DNA of 64,000 nt from an uncultured Methylomirabilota bacterium (GCA_963845565.1 CAWJSJ010000001.1:928001-992000); one strand, 5' to 3'. Counted from the first letter of the stretch, positions 51,988 to 62,448 are shown. Notes: generated by a model not told the origin, from the sequence alone. Translations and numbers: made by a program.

Positions 51988-53003
51988 GAGGGGACCACAC
52001 CCCCTTGGCGACCGTCTGCCGGCGCGTCCGCTTCGCCCGCACCATCGCCCGCGGGCGACCCGAAGTACAAGTACCGGTCCAGGGCCTTGTTGAATTGGGT
52101 CCACCCGGGGTGCTGCGGATCGGGATAGCGCGCGGAAAAGCTCAGGAACGAGTTGATCTTCCCGTCCAGGTTCTCCGCGTAATGCAGGACGATCGCTTCC
52201 AGCGTTTTTGGGCGTTTTGGTGACCCCCACTCCAGTTCGCCGTGATGGCTGAGAATGCAATGCAGCAGGCTGTTCGCCAGGTCGGCGGGAAAACCGGGGA
52301 TGGCGCGGATCCGCTCCTCCACCAACAGGACCCCCAGCGTGATATGCCCCAGCAGGCGCCCCGCATCCGTGTAATCGAACACCCGGTCCCAGCACAACTC
52401 CTGGATCTTTCCCAGGTCGTGGAGGATCGCCCCGGCGATAAGCAGATCCCGGTTGACCGGCCGGTAGTAGTCGGCCAGCAACTCGCACAGCCCCACCACG
52501 GATACGGTGTGTTCCAGGAGTCCTCCCAGCACCGCATGGTGGATCGCCTTCGCCGCCGGCGCGCTTGTCAGCGCCGTCCGCGTCGCGGGATCGGTCAACA
52601 GGTCCTGCAGCAGGCGTCGGAGGTGGGGCTGTCGGATGCTCTCCACCGCCGCCTCCAGAGCGGCCAGGAGCGCTGCGGGATCCCGATCGCTCCGGGGGAG
52701 ATAGTCCTCCGGAGCGATCTCCTCCTCCGTCGCTTTCCGCAAACGGCTCAGGGTGAGCTGAGGCGCCCCGTTGTAGGCCCCGAGAACCGCCTGCGCTTTC
52801 ACGATGTCGCCGTCGGTCAGCGCCCTGACCGCGTCATCGACCCCGTCCCACATCACCGCAGGAAGTTCGCCGGTCCGATCGGCCAGGATCAGCGTGAGGA
52901 AGGGCTCCCCGCTCCGCCGCTGACGGATCTGGATCTGTCGCGCCAGAAAGAACGAGGTTGCCGGTTGGCCGTCAAGCAGTTCGGTGATGAAGATCTTCGC
53001 CAT
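51984..53003 (-). CDS. yhaM: OB-fold/HD 3'-5' exoribonuclease (YhaM/Cbf1 family)
   Basis: DRTG OB fold; HHA..GGLLEHT, LHDLGK, SHHG..EWGSP. Confidence 0.9.
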   Translation of the reverse strand: MAKIFITELLDGQPATSFFLARQIQIRQRRSGEPFLTLILADRTGELPAVMWDGVDDAVRALTDGDIVKAQAVLGAYNGAPQLTLSRLRKATEEEIAPEDYLPRSDRDPAALLAALEAAVESIRQPHLRRLLQDLLTDPATRTALTSAPAAKAIHHAVLGGLLEHTVSVVGLCELLADYYRPVNRDLLIAGAILHDLGKIQELCWDRVFDYTDAGRLLGHITLGVLLVEERIRAIPGFPADLANSLLHCILSHHGELEWGSPKRPKTLEAIVLHYAENLDGKINSFLSFSARYPDPQHPGWTQFNKALDRYLYFGSPAGDGAGEADAPADGRQGGVVPS

Positions 53004-53066
53004 ACGGACCCCTGTGAGGCCGGCCGCCGCCGGCCCATCCGCCCCGGGCACCCAGAACGGTGCAGG

Positions 53067-53756
53067 TCAGCGTCGCGGTTCCACCAAGGGCACGAACCGC
53101 ACCGGCAGGACGACGCGCGTGACGAGCCGGCCGCCGACCTTGCGCCCCTGGATCAAATCCTGAGCTCGCGTTGAGGCGCCCACGGGGATGACCAGCCGAC
53201 CACCCTCCGCCAGCTGGGCTACCAGCGGCTCGGGGATGTGCGTCGCGCCCGCCGTCACGACGATCGCGTCGAACGGCGCCGCCTCAGGCCACCCGAGATA
53301 CCCGTCTCCCGCCCGGACCGCCACCCGCCCGTATCCGAGTGCCCGGAGCCGGGCGCCGGCACTGGCGGCCAGTCCGGGGAGGATCTCAATGGTGTACACC
53401 TGCCGCACGATCTCGGCCAGGACGGCGGCCTGGTACCCGGACCCCGTGCCCACCTCGAGCACGCGCTCCGCCCCGGCGAGCTCCGCGAGCGCGGTCATCA
53501 GCGCCACGATGTACGGCTGCGAGATCGTCTGACCTTCGTCAATGGGGAGGGCCCGGTCGCTGTAGGCCACCGCGGCCAGGGCGGACGGCACGAACCGATG
53601 GCGAGGAACGGTGCCCATGGCCCGCAGGACGGCTGGGTCGGCGATGTCCCGACCCTGCAGCTGCCGCTCGACCATCTGCTGGCGGGCCCGGGCGAACGCG
53701 ACGTCGTCGTCGATGGCGGCAACGGGACACGCGAGGAACAGCGCGCTCACCCCCAT
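53067..53756 (-). CDS. pcm: protein-L-isoaspartate O-methyltransferase
   Basis: [35 protein letters not shown]; start uncertain. Confidence 0.93.
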   Translation of the reverse strand: MGVSALFLACPVAAIDDDVAFARARQQMVERQLQGRDIADPAVLRAMGTVPRHRFVPSALAAVAYSDRALPIDEGQTISQPYIVALMTALAELAGAERVLEVGTGSGYQAAVLAEIVRQVYTIEILPGLAASAGARLRALGYGRVAVRAGDGYLGWPEAAPFDAIVVTAGATHIPEPLVAQLAEGGRLVIPVGASTRAQDLIQGRKVGGRLVTRVVLPVRFVPLVEPRR

Positions 53757-53827
53757 CAGGGCTCGCGCGATCCACCCGCAGGTCCAGCGGGATCCCGCGC
53801 GGAGGCCCGTGGCCGTCCGAGCCGCTG

Positions 53828-55336
53828 TTACGCCGTGGACCGGATCTCGCTTTTCAGGATCTTGCCCGTCACCGTCCTGGGAAGGTCCGGGACCACGACG
53901 ATACTGCGCGGGACCTTGTAATTGGCCAGACGCTGTCGACACCATTGGAGGAGCTCCTGCGCCCCGGCCGCGTGTCCGTCCCGAAGGATCACGAACGCCT
54001 TGGGCGTTTCGCCCCGGATCGGGTCGGGCATGCCGACCACCGCTGCCTCCGACACCGCGGGATGCGCGCACAGCACCAGCTCGACTTCCCGGGGGTAGAC
54101 ATTCAGGCCGCCGACCAGGATCAGGTCCTTCTTGCGGTCCACGATGTAATAGTAGCCATCCGCGTCCGCCCGGCCCAGATCGCCGGTGTGGTACCAGCCG
54201 TCCCGCAGCGCCTCCGCGGTCTCCGCCGGCCGATTCAGGTACCCCCGCATCACGTTGGGTCCGCGCGCCACGATCTCGCCCACCGTGCCGGCCGGGACCG
54301 CCTCGCCCCGGTCGTCCACGACCCGCAGCTCCACCTGGGGGATAGGGGGGCCCACCGACCCGACCTTCCGCGCCCCGAAGGGCGGGTTCACCGTCAAGAC
54401 GGGGGCGCATTCGGTCGGGCCGTACCCTTCGTAGATCGGAATCCCGAACTGCGTCTCGAACGCTTCCACGACCGAGAGCGGCAGCGGCGCTCCGCCCGAG
54501 ACGCACAGCCGCCAGGCCGAGAAGTCGCCGGCCGGTCGCGGGGTCGCCGCCAGCACCGCATACATACTGGGCACACCGGCGAAGAGAGTCACCCGGTGCT
54601 GCGCGATGGCGCGCAGCACCGCCTCGGGAACGAAGCGGGGCTCCACCACGATCGTGGCGCCCAGGGAGAGGGGTTCGAGGAACAGGACGGTGGCCCCATA
54701 GGCGTGGAAGAGCGGCAGCACCGCCAGGAACACATCCTCCTCGGTGACGCGCAGCACCGCCCGGAAACTCTCCAGGTTGGCGATCAGATTCCGGTGTGAG
54801 AGCAGCGCGCCCTTGGGCCGTCCGGTGGTCCCCGAGGTGTAGAGGCAGACCGCCACGTCCTCCGACCCGAGCGCGGACACGTCGGCGCGCTGCGATTCCG
54901 CGGGCGCCCCCAGCAGCGTGTGGTCGCCGGGCTCGCCGTCAGCCGGCGCATCGAGCACCACGATCGGCACCGGCCGCGGCAGACCGCGCCGCGCCGCGCG
55001 GAGGATCGGCAGACTCGCCTGCAGGCAGACCAGGGCGGTCGCGCCGGAATCCTCCAGGACGTAGCGGACTTCGTCCTCCTTGAGGAGCGGATTCAAGGGC
55101 ACCACGGCGCCTCCGGCCATGAGCACCCCGAGATACCCCACCCCGAACTCCGGCAGGTTGGGACAGACCAGCACCGCGCGGTCCCCCACCCGGAGCCCGG
55201 CGCGCCGGAGGACGCCGCTCAGGGTGGCCGCCTGCTGCGCCAGCGCTCGATAGGTGAGGCGGCGCTCGCGAAAGATGATGGCCGGATGGTCGGGGACGCG
55301 GCCGGCGCTCGCGGCGAACAGGTCGAGCAGGGTCAT
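53828..55336 (-). CDS. long-chain fatty acid-CoA ligase (AMP-binding)
   Basis: [27 protein letters not shown]. Confidence 0.92.
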   Translation of the reverse strand: MTLLDLFAASAGRVPDHPAIIFRERRLTYRALAQQAATLSGVLRRAGLRVGDRAVLVCPNLPEFGVGYLGVLMAGGAVVPLNPLLKEDEVRYVLEDSGATALVCLQASLPILRAARRGLPRPVPIVVLDAPADGEPGDHTLLGAPAESQRADVSALGSEDVAVCLYTSGTTGRPKGALLSHRNLIANLESFRAVLRVTEEDVFLAVLPLFHAYGATVLFLEPLSLGATIVVEPRFVPEAVLRAIAQHRVTLFAGVPSMYAVLAATPRPAGDFSAWRLCVSGGAPLPLSVVEAFETQFGIPIYEGYGPTECAPVLTVNPPFGARKVGSVGPPIPQVELRVVDDRGEAVPAGTVGEIVARGPNVMRGYLNRPAETAEALRDGWYHTGDLGRADADGYYYIVDRKKDLILVGGLNVYPREVELVLCAHPAVSEAAVVGMPDPIRGETPKAFVILRDGHAAGAQELLQWCRQRLANYKVPRSIVVVPDLPRTVTGKILKSEIRSTA

Positions 55337-55387
55337 GGGTGCCTCACCGGCGGCGCCGGGAACCGAGCCCGCGGCGGCCATCGCGCG

Positions 55388-56374
55388 TCAGACCTCGGGA
55401 TGCGTATCCAGCGCCCCAATGAATGCCTGGGTCAGCGATTGGTCGAATTGCGTGCCGCTGTGTTCCTGCAACTCGCGAATCGCCGCCTCGCGCCCGAGGC
55501 TCCGTCGGTAGCTCCGATCGGCCACCATGGCCTCGAACGAATCGGCAATCAGGATGATCCGCGACGCCAGCGGAATCGCCGTGCCCCGCAATCCGTCCGG
55601 GTACCCGCGGCCGTCCACCCGTTCGTGGTGATGCCGGATCACGTCCGCCACCTGGCCGAATTCCTCGATCTCCCCCACGATCTCGGCCCCCTTGGCCGGG
55701 TGCTCCTTCATGACGGCGAACTCCTTCGGGGAGAGCGGCGCGGGTTTGATCAGGATGGAATCCGGCACGCCGATCTTGCCGACGTCGTGCATCCAGGCGG
55801 ACAGCTCCAGGATGTATCGCTCTTCGCTGGACAGCTGGATGGCGTCCGCCAAGAGCAGGGACAGACGCGTCACCCGGCGCGAGTGGCGCGCCGTGTACGG
55901 ATCCTTGGCGTCCACCGCCGAGGCCAGGGCCTTGATCGCCTCGAACAGCACCTGCGCCCCCCGCTCTCGGAGGCGGGCCACCTCCAGTCGACGGCGCGTC
56001 AGATTCCGCTCGATCAGGATCGGCAGCTCGCGAATGTTCACCGGCTTCGTGACGAAGTCGCTGGCCCCTCGCTGGAGTGAGTCCTTGGCGAGCTCCACGT
56101 CCGTATGCCCGGTCAGGACGACGATGGGCATATCGGGGTGCATCCGGGACACCGCATCGGTCAGCTCCAGCCCGGACAGCCCTGGCATCGTCTGGTCGGT
56201 CAACAGCAGATCGAAGTGTTGGGTCCGCAGCAGATCCAGGGCCTCCCCGCCCGAGGAGGCGGCGATCACCTCGTACCCGCTCATGTGCAGGCACTTGACC
56301 AGGGCCAGCCGCATGGCTTCCATGTCGTCCACCACCAAAACACGCGACGCCTGGCCTTCCGACTCGTGAGTCAT
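55388..56374 (-). CDS. response regulator with HD-GYP phosphodiesterase domain (RpfG-like)
   Basis: REC (VVDD, LLTD, KP) plus HDVGK and HHERVDGRGYP. Confidence 0.93.
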   Translation of the reverse strand: MTHESEGQASRVLVVDDMEAMRLALVKCLHMSGYEVIAASSGGEALDLLRTQHFDLLLTDQTMPGLSGLELTDAVSRMHPDMPIVVLTGHTDVELAKDSLQRGASDFVTKPVNIRELPILIERNLTRRRLEVARLRERGAQVLFEAIKALASAVDAKDPYTARHSRRVTRLSLLLADAIQLSSEERYILELSAWMHDVGKIGVPDSILIKPAPLSPKEFAVMKEHPAKGAEIVGEIEEFGQVADVIRHHHERVDGRGYPDGLRGTAIPLASRIILIADSFEAMVADRSYRRSLGREAAIRELQEHSGTQFDQSLTQAFIGALDTHPEV

Positions 56375-56404
56375 GGACGATCCCGATCCTCTCCCGACCC
56401 GCGC

Positions 56405-57262
56405 TCAGTTCAAGAATTCCTTCAGGTGTCTGGTGCGCGCCAGTTGGGTCAGCTTCTGTTTGGCCCGCGCCTCGATCTGGCGCACCCGCTCGCGGGACAA
56501 CTTCATCCGCCGCCCGACTTCTTCCAACGTCTGCGACTCCTCCCGCCCCAGACCGAAGCGCAGTTCGATCACCTCCCGCTCCCGGGGCTTCAGGTGGCCG
56601 AGCATGCGCTCCACTTCCTCCCGGAAGGCGTGCCGGATGAGCTCTTGGTCCGCCGAGGGAATCGCGCTGGTTTGCGCCAACTCCAACCCGAGCGAATCGC
56701 TGCCCTCGCCGTCCGTGGCGAGGGAAGCCTGCGCCCCGGCACCTCGCAGAATCTCCTCCATCTCGCCCGGATCCAAATCCAGCGCTTCCTCCACGGACTC
56801 GTTGCTCGGCTCCGCTTGCGTGGCCTGCGTCAGGTCGGCCCGCACCTCGCGGATCTTGGAGGCCAGCCGCGCCTTTCGGATCGGAAGGCGGACGGCACCG
56901 CCGCCAACCGCCAGCGCCTGCATGATGGCCTGGCGAATCCACCAGACCGCATAGGTGATGAACTTCACCCCGCGGTCCGGGCTGTAACGGCGGGCCGCCT
57001 CCAGGAGGCCCAGGTTGCCTTCGTTGATCAGGTCCAACAGGGACAGCCCGCACCCCTGGTAGCGCATGGCGACTTTGACCACGAAGCGCAGATTGGCCTC
57101 CACGAGCTTCCGGAATGCGCGCTCGTCGCCTTGCCGGATCTCGGCGCCCAGCACCTGCTCGTCTTCCCGGCTGAGCAGCGGGATGCGCACGATGCGGCGG
57201 AGATAGGCGGCCAGCGTGTCGTCCCGGATCTCTTCGTAGAACGAGCCGCTGCGTCGCGGCAT
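56405..57262 (-). CDS. RNA polymerase sigma70 factor, RpoD/RpoS family lacking region 1.1
   Basis: NLRFVV, DLINEGNLGL, YAVWWIRQAI, TLEEVG..SRERVRQIE. Confidence 0.93.
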   Translation of the reverse strand: MPRRSGSFYEEIRDDTLAAYLRRIVRIPLLSREDEQVLGAEIRQGDERAFRKLVEANLRFVVKVAMRYQGCGLSLLDLINEGNLGLLEAARRYSPDRGVKFITYAVWWIRQAIMQALAVGGGAVRLPIRKARLASKIREVRADLTQATQAEPSNESVEEALDLDPGEMEEILRGAGAQASLATDGEGSDSLGLELAQTSAIPSADQELIRHAFREEVERMLGHLKPREREVIELRFGLGREESQTLEEVGRRMKLSRERVRQIEARAKQKLTQLARTRHLKEFLN

Positions 57263-57293
57263 GACGCCTCCTCGCGCGGCGAACCAGTACGGC

Positions 57294-58757
57294 TTAGGGC
57301 TGCTTCGGGGTCAGCACGACGAACCGCGAATTCCCCTCCCGCTGCACCAGCAGCAACAGATTGCTGCCGCGCTTCATCTGGCTCAGCAGCCGGGTGAACT
57401 CCTGGACGCTGCGCACCCGCTCGCGGTTTGCTTCCGCGATGATGTCCCCGGGCCGCATACCCGCACGAACCGCCGGGCCTCCCTCCTCCACGCCCGACAC
57501 CACCACCCCGCTTCCCGCGGGGACCTTCAACTGCTCGCGCAGTTCGGGCGTCAGGTCCTGGACGCTGAAGCCGAACCGGTCGGCGTTCTCCTCCGGCGCG
57601 CTCCCCGTCGCGACCGCCGCAGGCTCGGAGGGCTGTTCGCCCAAGACGACGGTCACCGTCAGCGGCTGCTTCTCGCGCAACACCTTCAAGGTGGCGGGCG
57701 CGTTGATGGGACTCTGGGCGACCTCGCGCTGCAACTGACGCACGTTCGCGATCTTGGCGGCGTTGAACTGCAGGATGATGTCGCCGGTCCTGAGACCGCC
57801 CTTCTCCGCAGGGCTGTCCTTCATGACGTTGCCGACCAGGACCCCGTCGTCCGGCTTCACCCCGAACTGGGCTGCGAGTTCCTCGGTCAACTCCTGGATA
57901 CCGATCCCCAGCCAGCCGCGCACGACCCGACCCTGCGCGATGAGGCGGTCCGTGATCTCCCGGGCCATGTTGATCGGGATGGCGAAGCCGATCCCCTTCC
58001 CCGAAGCCACGATGGCGGTGTTGATTCCGATCACTTCACCCGCCATGTTGACGAGCGGTCCGCCGGAATTCCCCGGATTGATGGAGGCGTCCGTCTGGAT
58101 GAAATCCTCGTACGTGGTGATGCCGACCTCCGAGCGGCCGATCGCGCTCACCACCCCGACGGTCACGGTTTGATCGAGCCCAAACGGGTTGCCGATGGCC
58201 ATCACCCACTCCGCGATCCGGACCTTCCCCGAGTCGCCCAGCTTGGCGACCGGCAAGTCCCCCGTCGCATCCACCTTGATGACGGCCAGATCCGTCTTGG
58301 GATCCCTCCCCACCACGGTGGCCTTGAACTTGCGCTTGTCCGACACCTGGACTTCGATCTCGTCCGCCTGCTCGACCACGTGATTGTTGGTGAGGATGAA
58401 GCCGCGCTTGTCGACGATCACGCCCGACCCCAGGCTGTGCCGCTCGCGCTGAGGCTGCTCGCCGAAGAAACGCTCGAGGAACTCCTCACCGAAGAACTCC
58501 CGGAACGGCCCCCGGAACTGGGGTGGTACCTGCCCGCGCCGACCTTCGGGCGCTCGCGGCTTTTGCGTCGTGGCGATGTTGACCACCGACGGCTTCGCCG
58601 CCTGCGCCACCTGGACGAATGCGTCCTGCAGGCTCTGGAGGGCGCTCCGCGCCTCCTGGGCGACCGCGGGTGCGGCGGGAACGAGTAGACAGCAGAACAG
58701 AAAGCTTGTCAGAATCCGGCAGGCGGCCGGTGTGACGTGACGTGTACGCTGTTTCAC
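57294..58757 (-). CDS. DegP/DegQ (HtrA) serine protease with two PDZ domains
   Basis: signal peptide; TNNHV, DLAV, GNSGG; two PDZ. Confidence 0.95.
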   Translation of the reverse strand: MKQRTRHVTPAACRILTSFLFCCLLVPAAPAVAQEARSALQSLQDAFVQVAQAAKPSVVNIATTQKPRAPEGRRGQVPPQFRGPFREFFGEEFLERFFGEQPQRERHSLGSGVIVDKRGFILTNNHVVEQADEIEVQVSDKRKFKATVVGRDPKTDLAVIKVDATGDLPVAKLGDSGKVRIAEWVMAIGNPFGLDQTVTVGVVSAIGRSEVGITTYEDFIQTDASINPGNSGGPLVNMAGEVIGINTAIVASGKGIGFAIPINMAREITDRLIAQGRVVRGWLGIGIQELTEELAAQFGVKPDDGVLVGNVMKDSPAEKGGLRTGDIILQFNAAKIANVRQLQREVAQSPINAPATLKVLREKQPLTVTVVLGEQPSEPAAVATGSAPEENADRFGFSVQDLTPELREQLKVPAGSGVVVSGVEEGGPAVRAGMRPGDIIAEANRERVRSVQEFTRLLSQMKRGSNLLLLVQREGNSRFVVLTPKQP

Positions 58758-58805
58758 GGATGGTCCTCCCTGAACCTCGGCGGCGGGTGCCGCGCTGAAG
58801 AATTC

Positions 58806-58834
58806 CTTCTAACACATGCCCCGGCGAGTGTCAA
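58806..58834 (-). promoter_or_regulatory. putative sigma70 promoter of the degP operon
   Basis: TTGACA-17nt-TAGAAG. Confidence 0.45.
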
Positions 58835-59667
58835 ACCGGCGTCCGTCGCCGACTTGAAGGCTTCTGAGAGCGCCGCAGGCACACGGGGTCTCCGATGCGC
58901 ACCTGCCGGTCGCGGGCGAGATTCCCTCGGTTGCAGAATAGCTCGAGGTAGGCCGCGCTCCCGACGAGCGCGCCGGCCTCTCCGGCCCCAACCTCGGAAA
59001 ACGTCCCGACGAGACGGCCGAGCGGGCGCCCCCCGACCCATACCTGGAGTGGCCCACCCCGCTCCGTCGTCGTGTCGGGGACGAGATCGCGGGGGATGTT
59101 CGTGAGGCAATTCCCGAATCGATCCACCCAGACCACCTCGCCCTGGACCCGGCCGGCGGTATCGACGCGCGGCTGCGGGATCTCCAGGCGAACGGGATCG
59201 GCGAGGGGTGGCCCGAAACAATCCGGGGACACGCCGGCGGCCAGATGGCCGGCGACCGGCGCGAAGACGTCTCGTCCGTGAAACGACGTGCTGACCGGAT
59301 GCCGCCAGAACGCTTCGACGGACAGCCTTCTGACCGCACAGCGCCCCGCGGCGGCCAAGGGATAACTCAACACCCCGTTGTCCGGACCGACGAAGACCTG
59401 CCCGTCGATCTCGGCCAAGATCGGGCGGCGCGCGCCACCGACCCCCGGATCCACCACCGCCACATGAATCGTCCCTGCAGGAAAGGCTCCCACCGCCGTG
59501 TGGAGGAGGAAGCTGCCGCCGACGATGTCATGAGGCGGAACCTCGTGGCAGAGATCCACCAGGGCCGCATCGGGACAGATGCCGAGCACCACGCCCTTCA
59601 TGATGCCCACGAAGGGATCCTGCGTACCGAAATCGGTCAGGAACGTCACGATCGGTCGCGCCTGCAC
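58831..59667 (-). CDS. SAM hydroxide adenosyltransferase (DUF62 family)
   Basis: LTDFG, VVDPGVG, GPDNG, SFHGRDVF, DRFGN. Confidence 0.92.
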   Translation of the reverse strand: MQARPIVTFLTDFGTQDPFVGIMKGVVLGICPDAALVDLCHEVPPHDIVGGSFLLHTAVGAFPAGTIHVAVVDPGVGGARRPILAEIDGQVFVGPDNGVLSYPLAAAGRCAVRRLSVEAFWRHPVSTSFHGRDVFAPVAGHLAAGVSPDCFGPPLADPVRLEIPQPRVDTAGRVQGEVVWVDRFGNCLTNIPRDLVPDTTTERGGPLQVWVGGRPLGRLVGTFSEVGAGEAGALVGSAAYLELFCNRGNLARDRQVRIGDPVCLRRSQKPSSRRRTPV

Positions 59668-59754
59668 AGTATCCTGGCGTTGCGGCCACCCGGACGCGGA
59701 AGCGTCATCGGGCCCTCCGGCGGCCGCTCGTGCGCGTCCCGATACGCTTTTCGA

Positions 59755-59783
59755 TTGACTATTCCGTTCAGAGCGATTATAAA
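59755..59783 (+). promoter_or_regulatory. sigma70 promoter of tRNA-Leu
   Basis: TTGACT-17nt-TATAAA. Confidence 0.8.
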
Positions 59784-59793
59784 AAACCCCGTT

Positions 59794-59880
59794 GCCGAAG
59801 TGGCGGAACTGGTAGACGCGCTACGTTCAGGGCGTAGTGAGGGTATCCTCATGGGGGTTCGAGTCCCCCCTTCGGCACCA
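59794..59880 (+). tRNA. tRNA-Leu (CAG)
   Basis: 87-nt cloverleaf with long variable arm, anticodon loop TTCAGGG, GTTCGAG T-loop, CCA encoded. Confidence 0.97.
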
Positions 59881-59970
59881 ACCACCCTGTGTCCCCCGAC
59901 GAGACCGTTCGCGCACGCATTCCTCGACGAGTCCCCCGGGTCCGCAGCCAGTCGCCAGGCCAGCCACGCG

Positions 59971-60813
59971 TCACTGCAACCGATCGGCGAAGAGTTCCGT
60001 CGTCGCGCCTTTCTCGAACTCCAGCATCGTCGTCATCAAGGCATCCCGCTGTTTCTGCTTGGCCAGCATCTCCCGCAGCTTGTCTTTCACCTCGTCGTAG
60101 ACCTGGACGGTGGTCCCGTGCGGCCCGCCCTTGATGAGGTGGTACCCGTATTGCGTCTTCACCACCCCGCTGACCTCGCCCTCTTTCAAGGCGAAGGCCG
60201 CCGTTTCAAATTCCGGCTCCGTCTGCCCGCGGATCAGCACCCCCAGCTCCCCACCCTTCTCCGCGCTTCCGGTGTCCTGCGATTTCTCTTTCGCCAGCTC
60301 CGCGAACGACTTCCCGGCCTTGAGTTCCGCCTGGAGCGCCTCGGCCTCGGCCTCGGTCTTCACCATGATATGGCTGGCGCCCACGGTGTCTGTGGTGAAG
60401 AGCGGTTTGTTATCCTCGTAGGCCTTCTTGATGTCCTCGTCGGTGACCTGACTCAGCGCGTCCACCTTCCGCCGCAGGAGTTCCTCGATCACGACCTGGC
60501 GCTTCGCGACCTCCACACGCCGCTTGACCACGGCCTCTTGGTCCACCTGCTGGGCTGTCGCCGCCTGGAACAGAATCTCCTCCCGCACCAACGCGCGCAG
60601 GATCTCCCCGTATCGCTCTGGGGGGATCGGGCCGCGCTCTTGTTCCAGCATCCCGAGCCGCACCTTGAAATCGTCGTACGTCAGGTCCACCTGATTCACC
60701 CGCGCGACGACCCGGCCACCCTCCGGCTGCCCCTCGGGCGCCGCCGCCTGCCCGGCGGTCACCCACACCGCCACCGCCAGCAGGCTGATTCCAACACGCA
60801 TCCCGCCTCGCAT
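59971..60813 (-). CDS. PpiC-type peptidyl-prolyl isomerase (PrsA/SurA-like)
   Basis: signal peptide; ASHIMV, FAELAK..SQD, GGELG, YGYHLIK. Confidence 0.92.
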   Translation of the reverse strand: MRGGMRVGISLLAVAVWVTAGQAAAPEGQPEGGRVVARVNQVDLTYDDFKVRLGMLEQERGPIPPERYGEILRALVREEILFQAATAQQVDQEAVVKRRVEVAKRQVVIEELLRRKVDALSQVTDEDIKKAYEDNKPLFTTDTVGASHIMVKTEAEAEALQAELKAGKSFAELAKEKSQDTGSAEKGGELGVLIRGQTEPEFETAAFALKEGEVSGVVKTQYGYHLIKGGPHGTTVQVYDEVKDKLREMLAKQKQRDALMTTMLEFEKGATTELFADRLQ

Positions 60814-60827
60814 CACCGCCTCGCTTT

Positions 60828-61000
60828 CTCGCCTGTGCGCGGGCCGAACCTGTCCCGGCCCGAAATCCCTAGCAGCCGCGCCTGGTGTCTTGACCTCCAC
60901 GAGTCGCCACCCTGGAAACGGGTCCGCGCCGGCCGCAGGGGTTCAGGGCCGGTCCGTCGCCGCACCCAGTGCCGGGGTGGCCCGGCTCGGGCGTTCTCCA
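60828..61000 (-). ncRNA. candidate long-hairpin RNA (6S-like or structured leader)
   Basis: long imperfect stem with internal loop downstream of a promoter; no family confirmed. Confidence 0.3.
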
Positions 61001-61008
61001 TCAACTGC

Positions 61009-61037
61009 AGCGTACAATACGAGGAAAGAGGCGTCAA
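61009..61037 (-). promoter_or_regulatory. sigma70 promoter upstream of the hairpin and ppiC
   Basis: TTGACG-17nt-TACGCT. Confidence 0.6.
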
Positions 61038-61113
61038 CCGCGCAGGTCGCCCATTCCCGCGCCCGGACCGGGACGGGCGGGTTGCGCGCTCCGTCGGATG
61101 GGAAGGGATCCGC

Positions 61114-62139
61114 TCAGGTGTGCCGCACTTCGGACGATCCGAGAGCGCCCCGGAGTCGTTCCGCGGCCAGCTCCGGCGGGACCGGGTTGATCAGAATGCC
61201 GGTACCCCATTCGGGCCCCAGCAGGTGGGGCGGGTGCGGGACCACCTCGAGATGCCAGTGATACTCCTCCCGGGCGAACTCCGCGAGGGGAGACGAATGC
61301 AATACCAGCGTGAAGGGCGGATCCTGCAACACCTCGCGGAGGCCCCCCAGCACGCGCGGGAGGAGGCGGGCCAGGTCGCGGCGCACCCCCGAGGGGGCGG
61401 TGCCGAAATCGTGGGCGTGGTCGACGGGAACGATCCAACACTCGAAGGGGAAGCGCGACGCGAAGGGGGCGAAGGCCAGGACGCCGTCCTCGCGCAAGAC
61501 AATGCGCCGCCCGTCCCGCTGTTCCTGCTTGACCATGTCGCACAACACGCAGCGCTCTTTCCAGCGCGCGTAATCCCCGAATCCCTTCAACTCCTCTTCG
61601 ATCACCCGCGGCACGAACGGGCTGGCCATGATGTGCGAGTGCGGATGCTGGAACACACTCGCCGGCAAGCCGTAGTTCTTGACCCACATGACCTGGCGGA
61701 ACCGCAGATCGTTGCGCAGGTCGAGGCACCGCTGCTGGCACACGCGGAGGATGCGATCGAGATGAAGCGCCTCCACGTCCGCCCAGTGACGCGCATGGTC
61801 TGCCGTTTCGATCAGGATCTCATGGGCGCCCACGGCATTCATGCTGTCGTACATCCCTTCGGCGTGTTTCTCCAGGCCTCCCTCGATGCGAAAGATCGGG
61901 TAGCGATCCGCCACCACGCGCACCGACCAGCCGGGCCGGTTGGCCGCCGTGCCCGCCTCGCGCTCCACGTAGATCTCGGCCCCCGTCTGGCTCTCGTTCC
62001 CCGGACAGAAGGGGCACGCCTCGGGCGGAAGCGCCGTCGGTCGCGAAACCGGTCCCGGCGCGGGCAGATCCGCCCGCTCGGGCGAGATCACGACCCAGCG
62101 CTGCGTCACCGGGTCCTTGCGTAGCTGCGGCCGACTCAC
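61114..62139 (-). CDS. galT: galactose-1-phosphate uridylyltransferase family protein
   Basis: LRKDP, CPFCPGNE, GAHE, HPHSH, PFASRFPFE, YHWHLE. Confidence 0.9.
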   Translation of the reverse strand: MSRPQLRKDPVTQRWVVISPERADLPAPGPVSRPTALPPEACPFCPGNESQTGAEIYVEREAGTAANRPGWSVRVVADRYPIFRIEGGLEKHAEGMYDSMNAVGAHEILIETADHARHWADVEALHLDRILRVCQQRCLDLRNDLRFRQVMWVKNYGLPASVFQHPHSHIMASPFVPRVIEEELKGFGDYARWKERCVLCDMVKQEQRDGRRIVLREDGVLAFAPFASRFPFECWIVPVDHAHDFGTAPSGVRRDLARLLPRVLGGLREVLQDPPFTLVLHSSPLAEFAREEYHWHLEVVPHPPHLLGPEWGTGILINPVPPELAAERLRGALGSSEVRHT

Positions 62140-62417
62140 GCGCGCCTCCCCCGGCCGCGTGCCCCCGCGGGGCCGTTCACCGCCGCTTCCACCACCACGT
62201 TGGTGGTGGTCTTCAGCACCCCTGGAAGCCGGTGAATGCGCTGGCTGATCAGGTCCCCCAGCACGCTCAGACTCGCCGCCTGCACGAACGCGATCACGTC
62301 GTACGCGCCGGTGACGGCATGGGCCATCTCGACGCCCGGCAGCTTCGCCAGCGCCTCGGCGACCTGCGTTGCCCGGCCCAGGGTCGACTCGACAAACACA
62401 AAAGCGCGGATCGCCAT
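62136..62417 (-). CDS. stand-alone Lrp/AsnC ligand-binding domain protein
   Basis: VTGAYDVI, LPGVLKTTT; no HTH. Confidence 0.88.
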   Translation of the reverse strand: MAIRAFVFVESTLGRATQVAEALAKLPGVEMAHAVTGAYDVIAFVQAASLSVLGDLISQRIHRLPGVLKTTTNVVVEAAVNGPAGARGRGRRA

Positions 62418-62448
62418 CGTCCGTCCCTCCCGGTCCTCCCGGCGCGCG

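Noticed and set aside
58831..59667. Fluorinase or chlorinase
   Set aside because: The FHGRD motif and core-genome context fit the common SAM hydrolase branch; no halometabolite cluster.
59245..62124. 959-aa plus-strand ORF
   Set aside because: Antisense shadow of DUF62, ppiC and galT, and it runs through tRNA-Leu; typical high-GC artefact.
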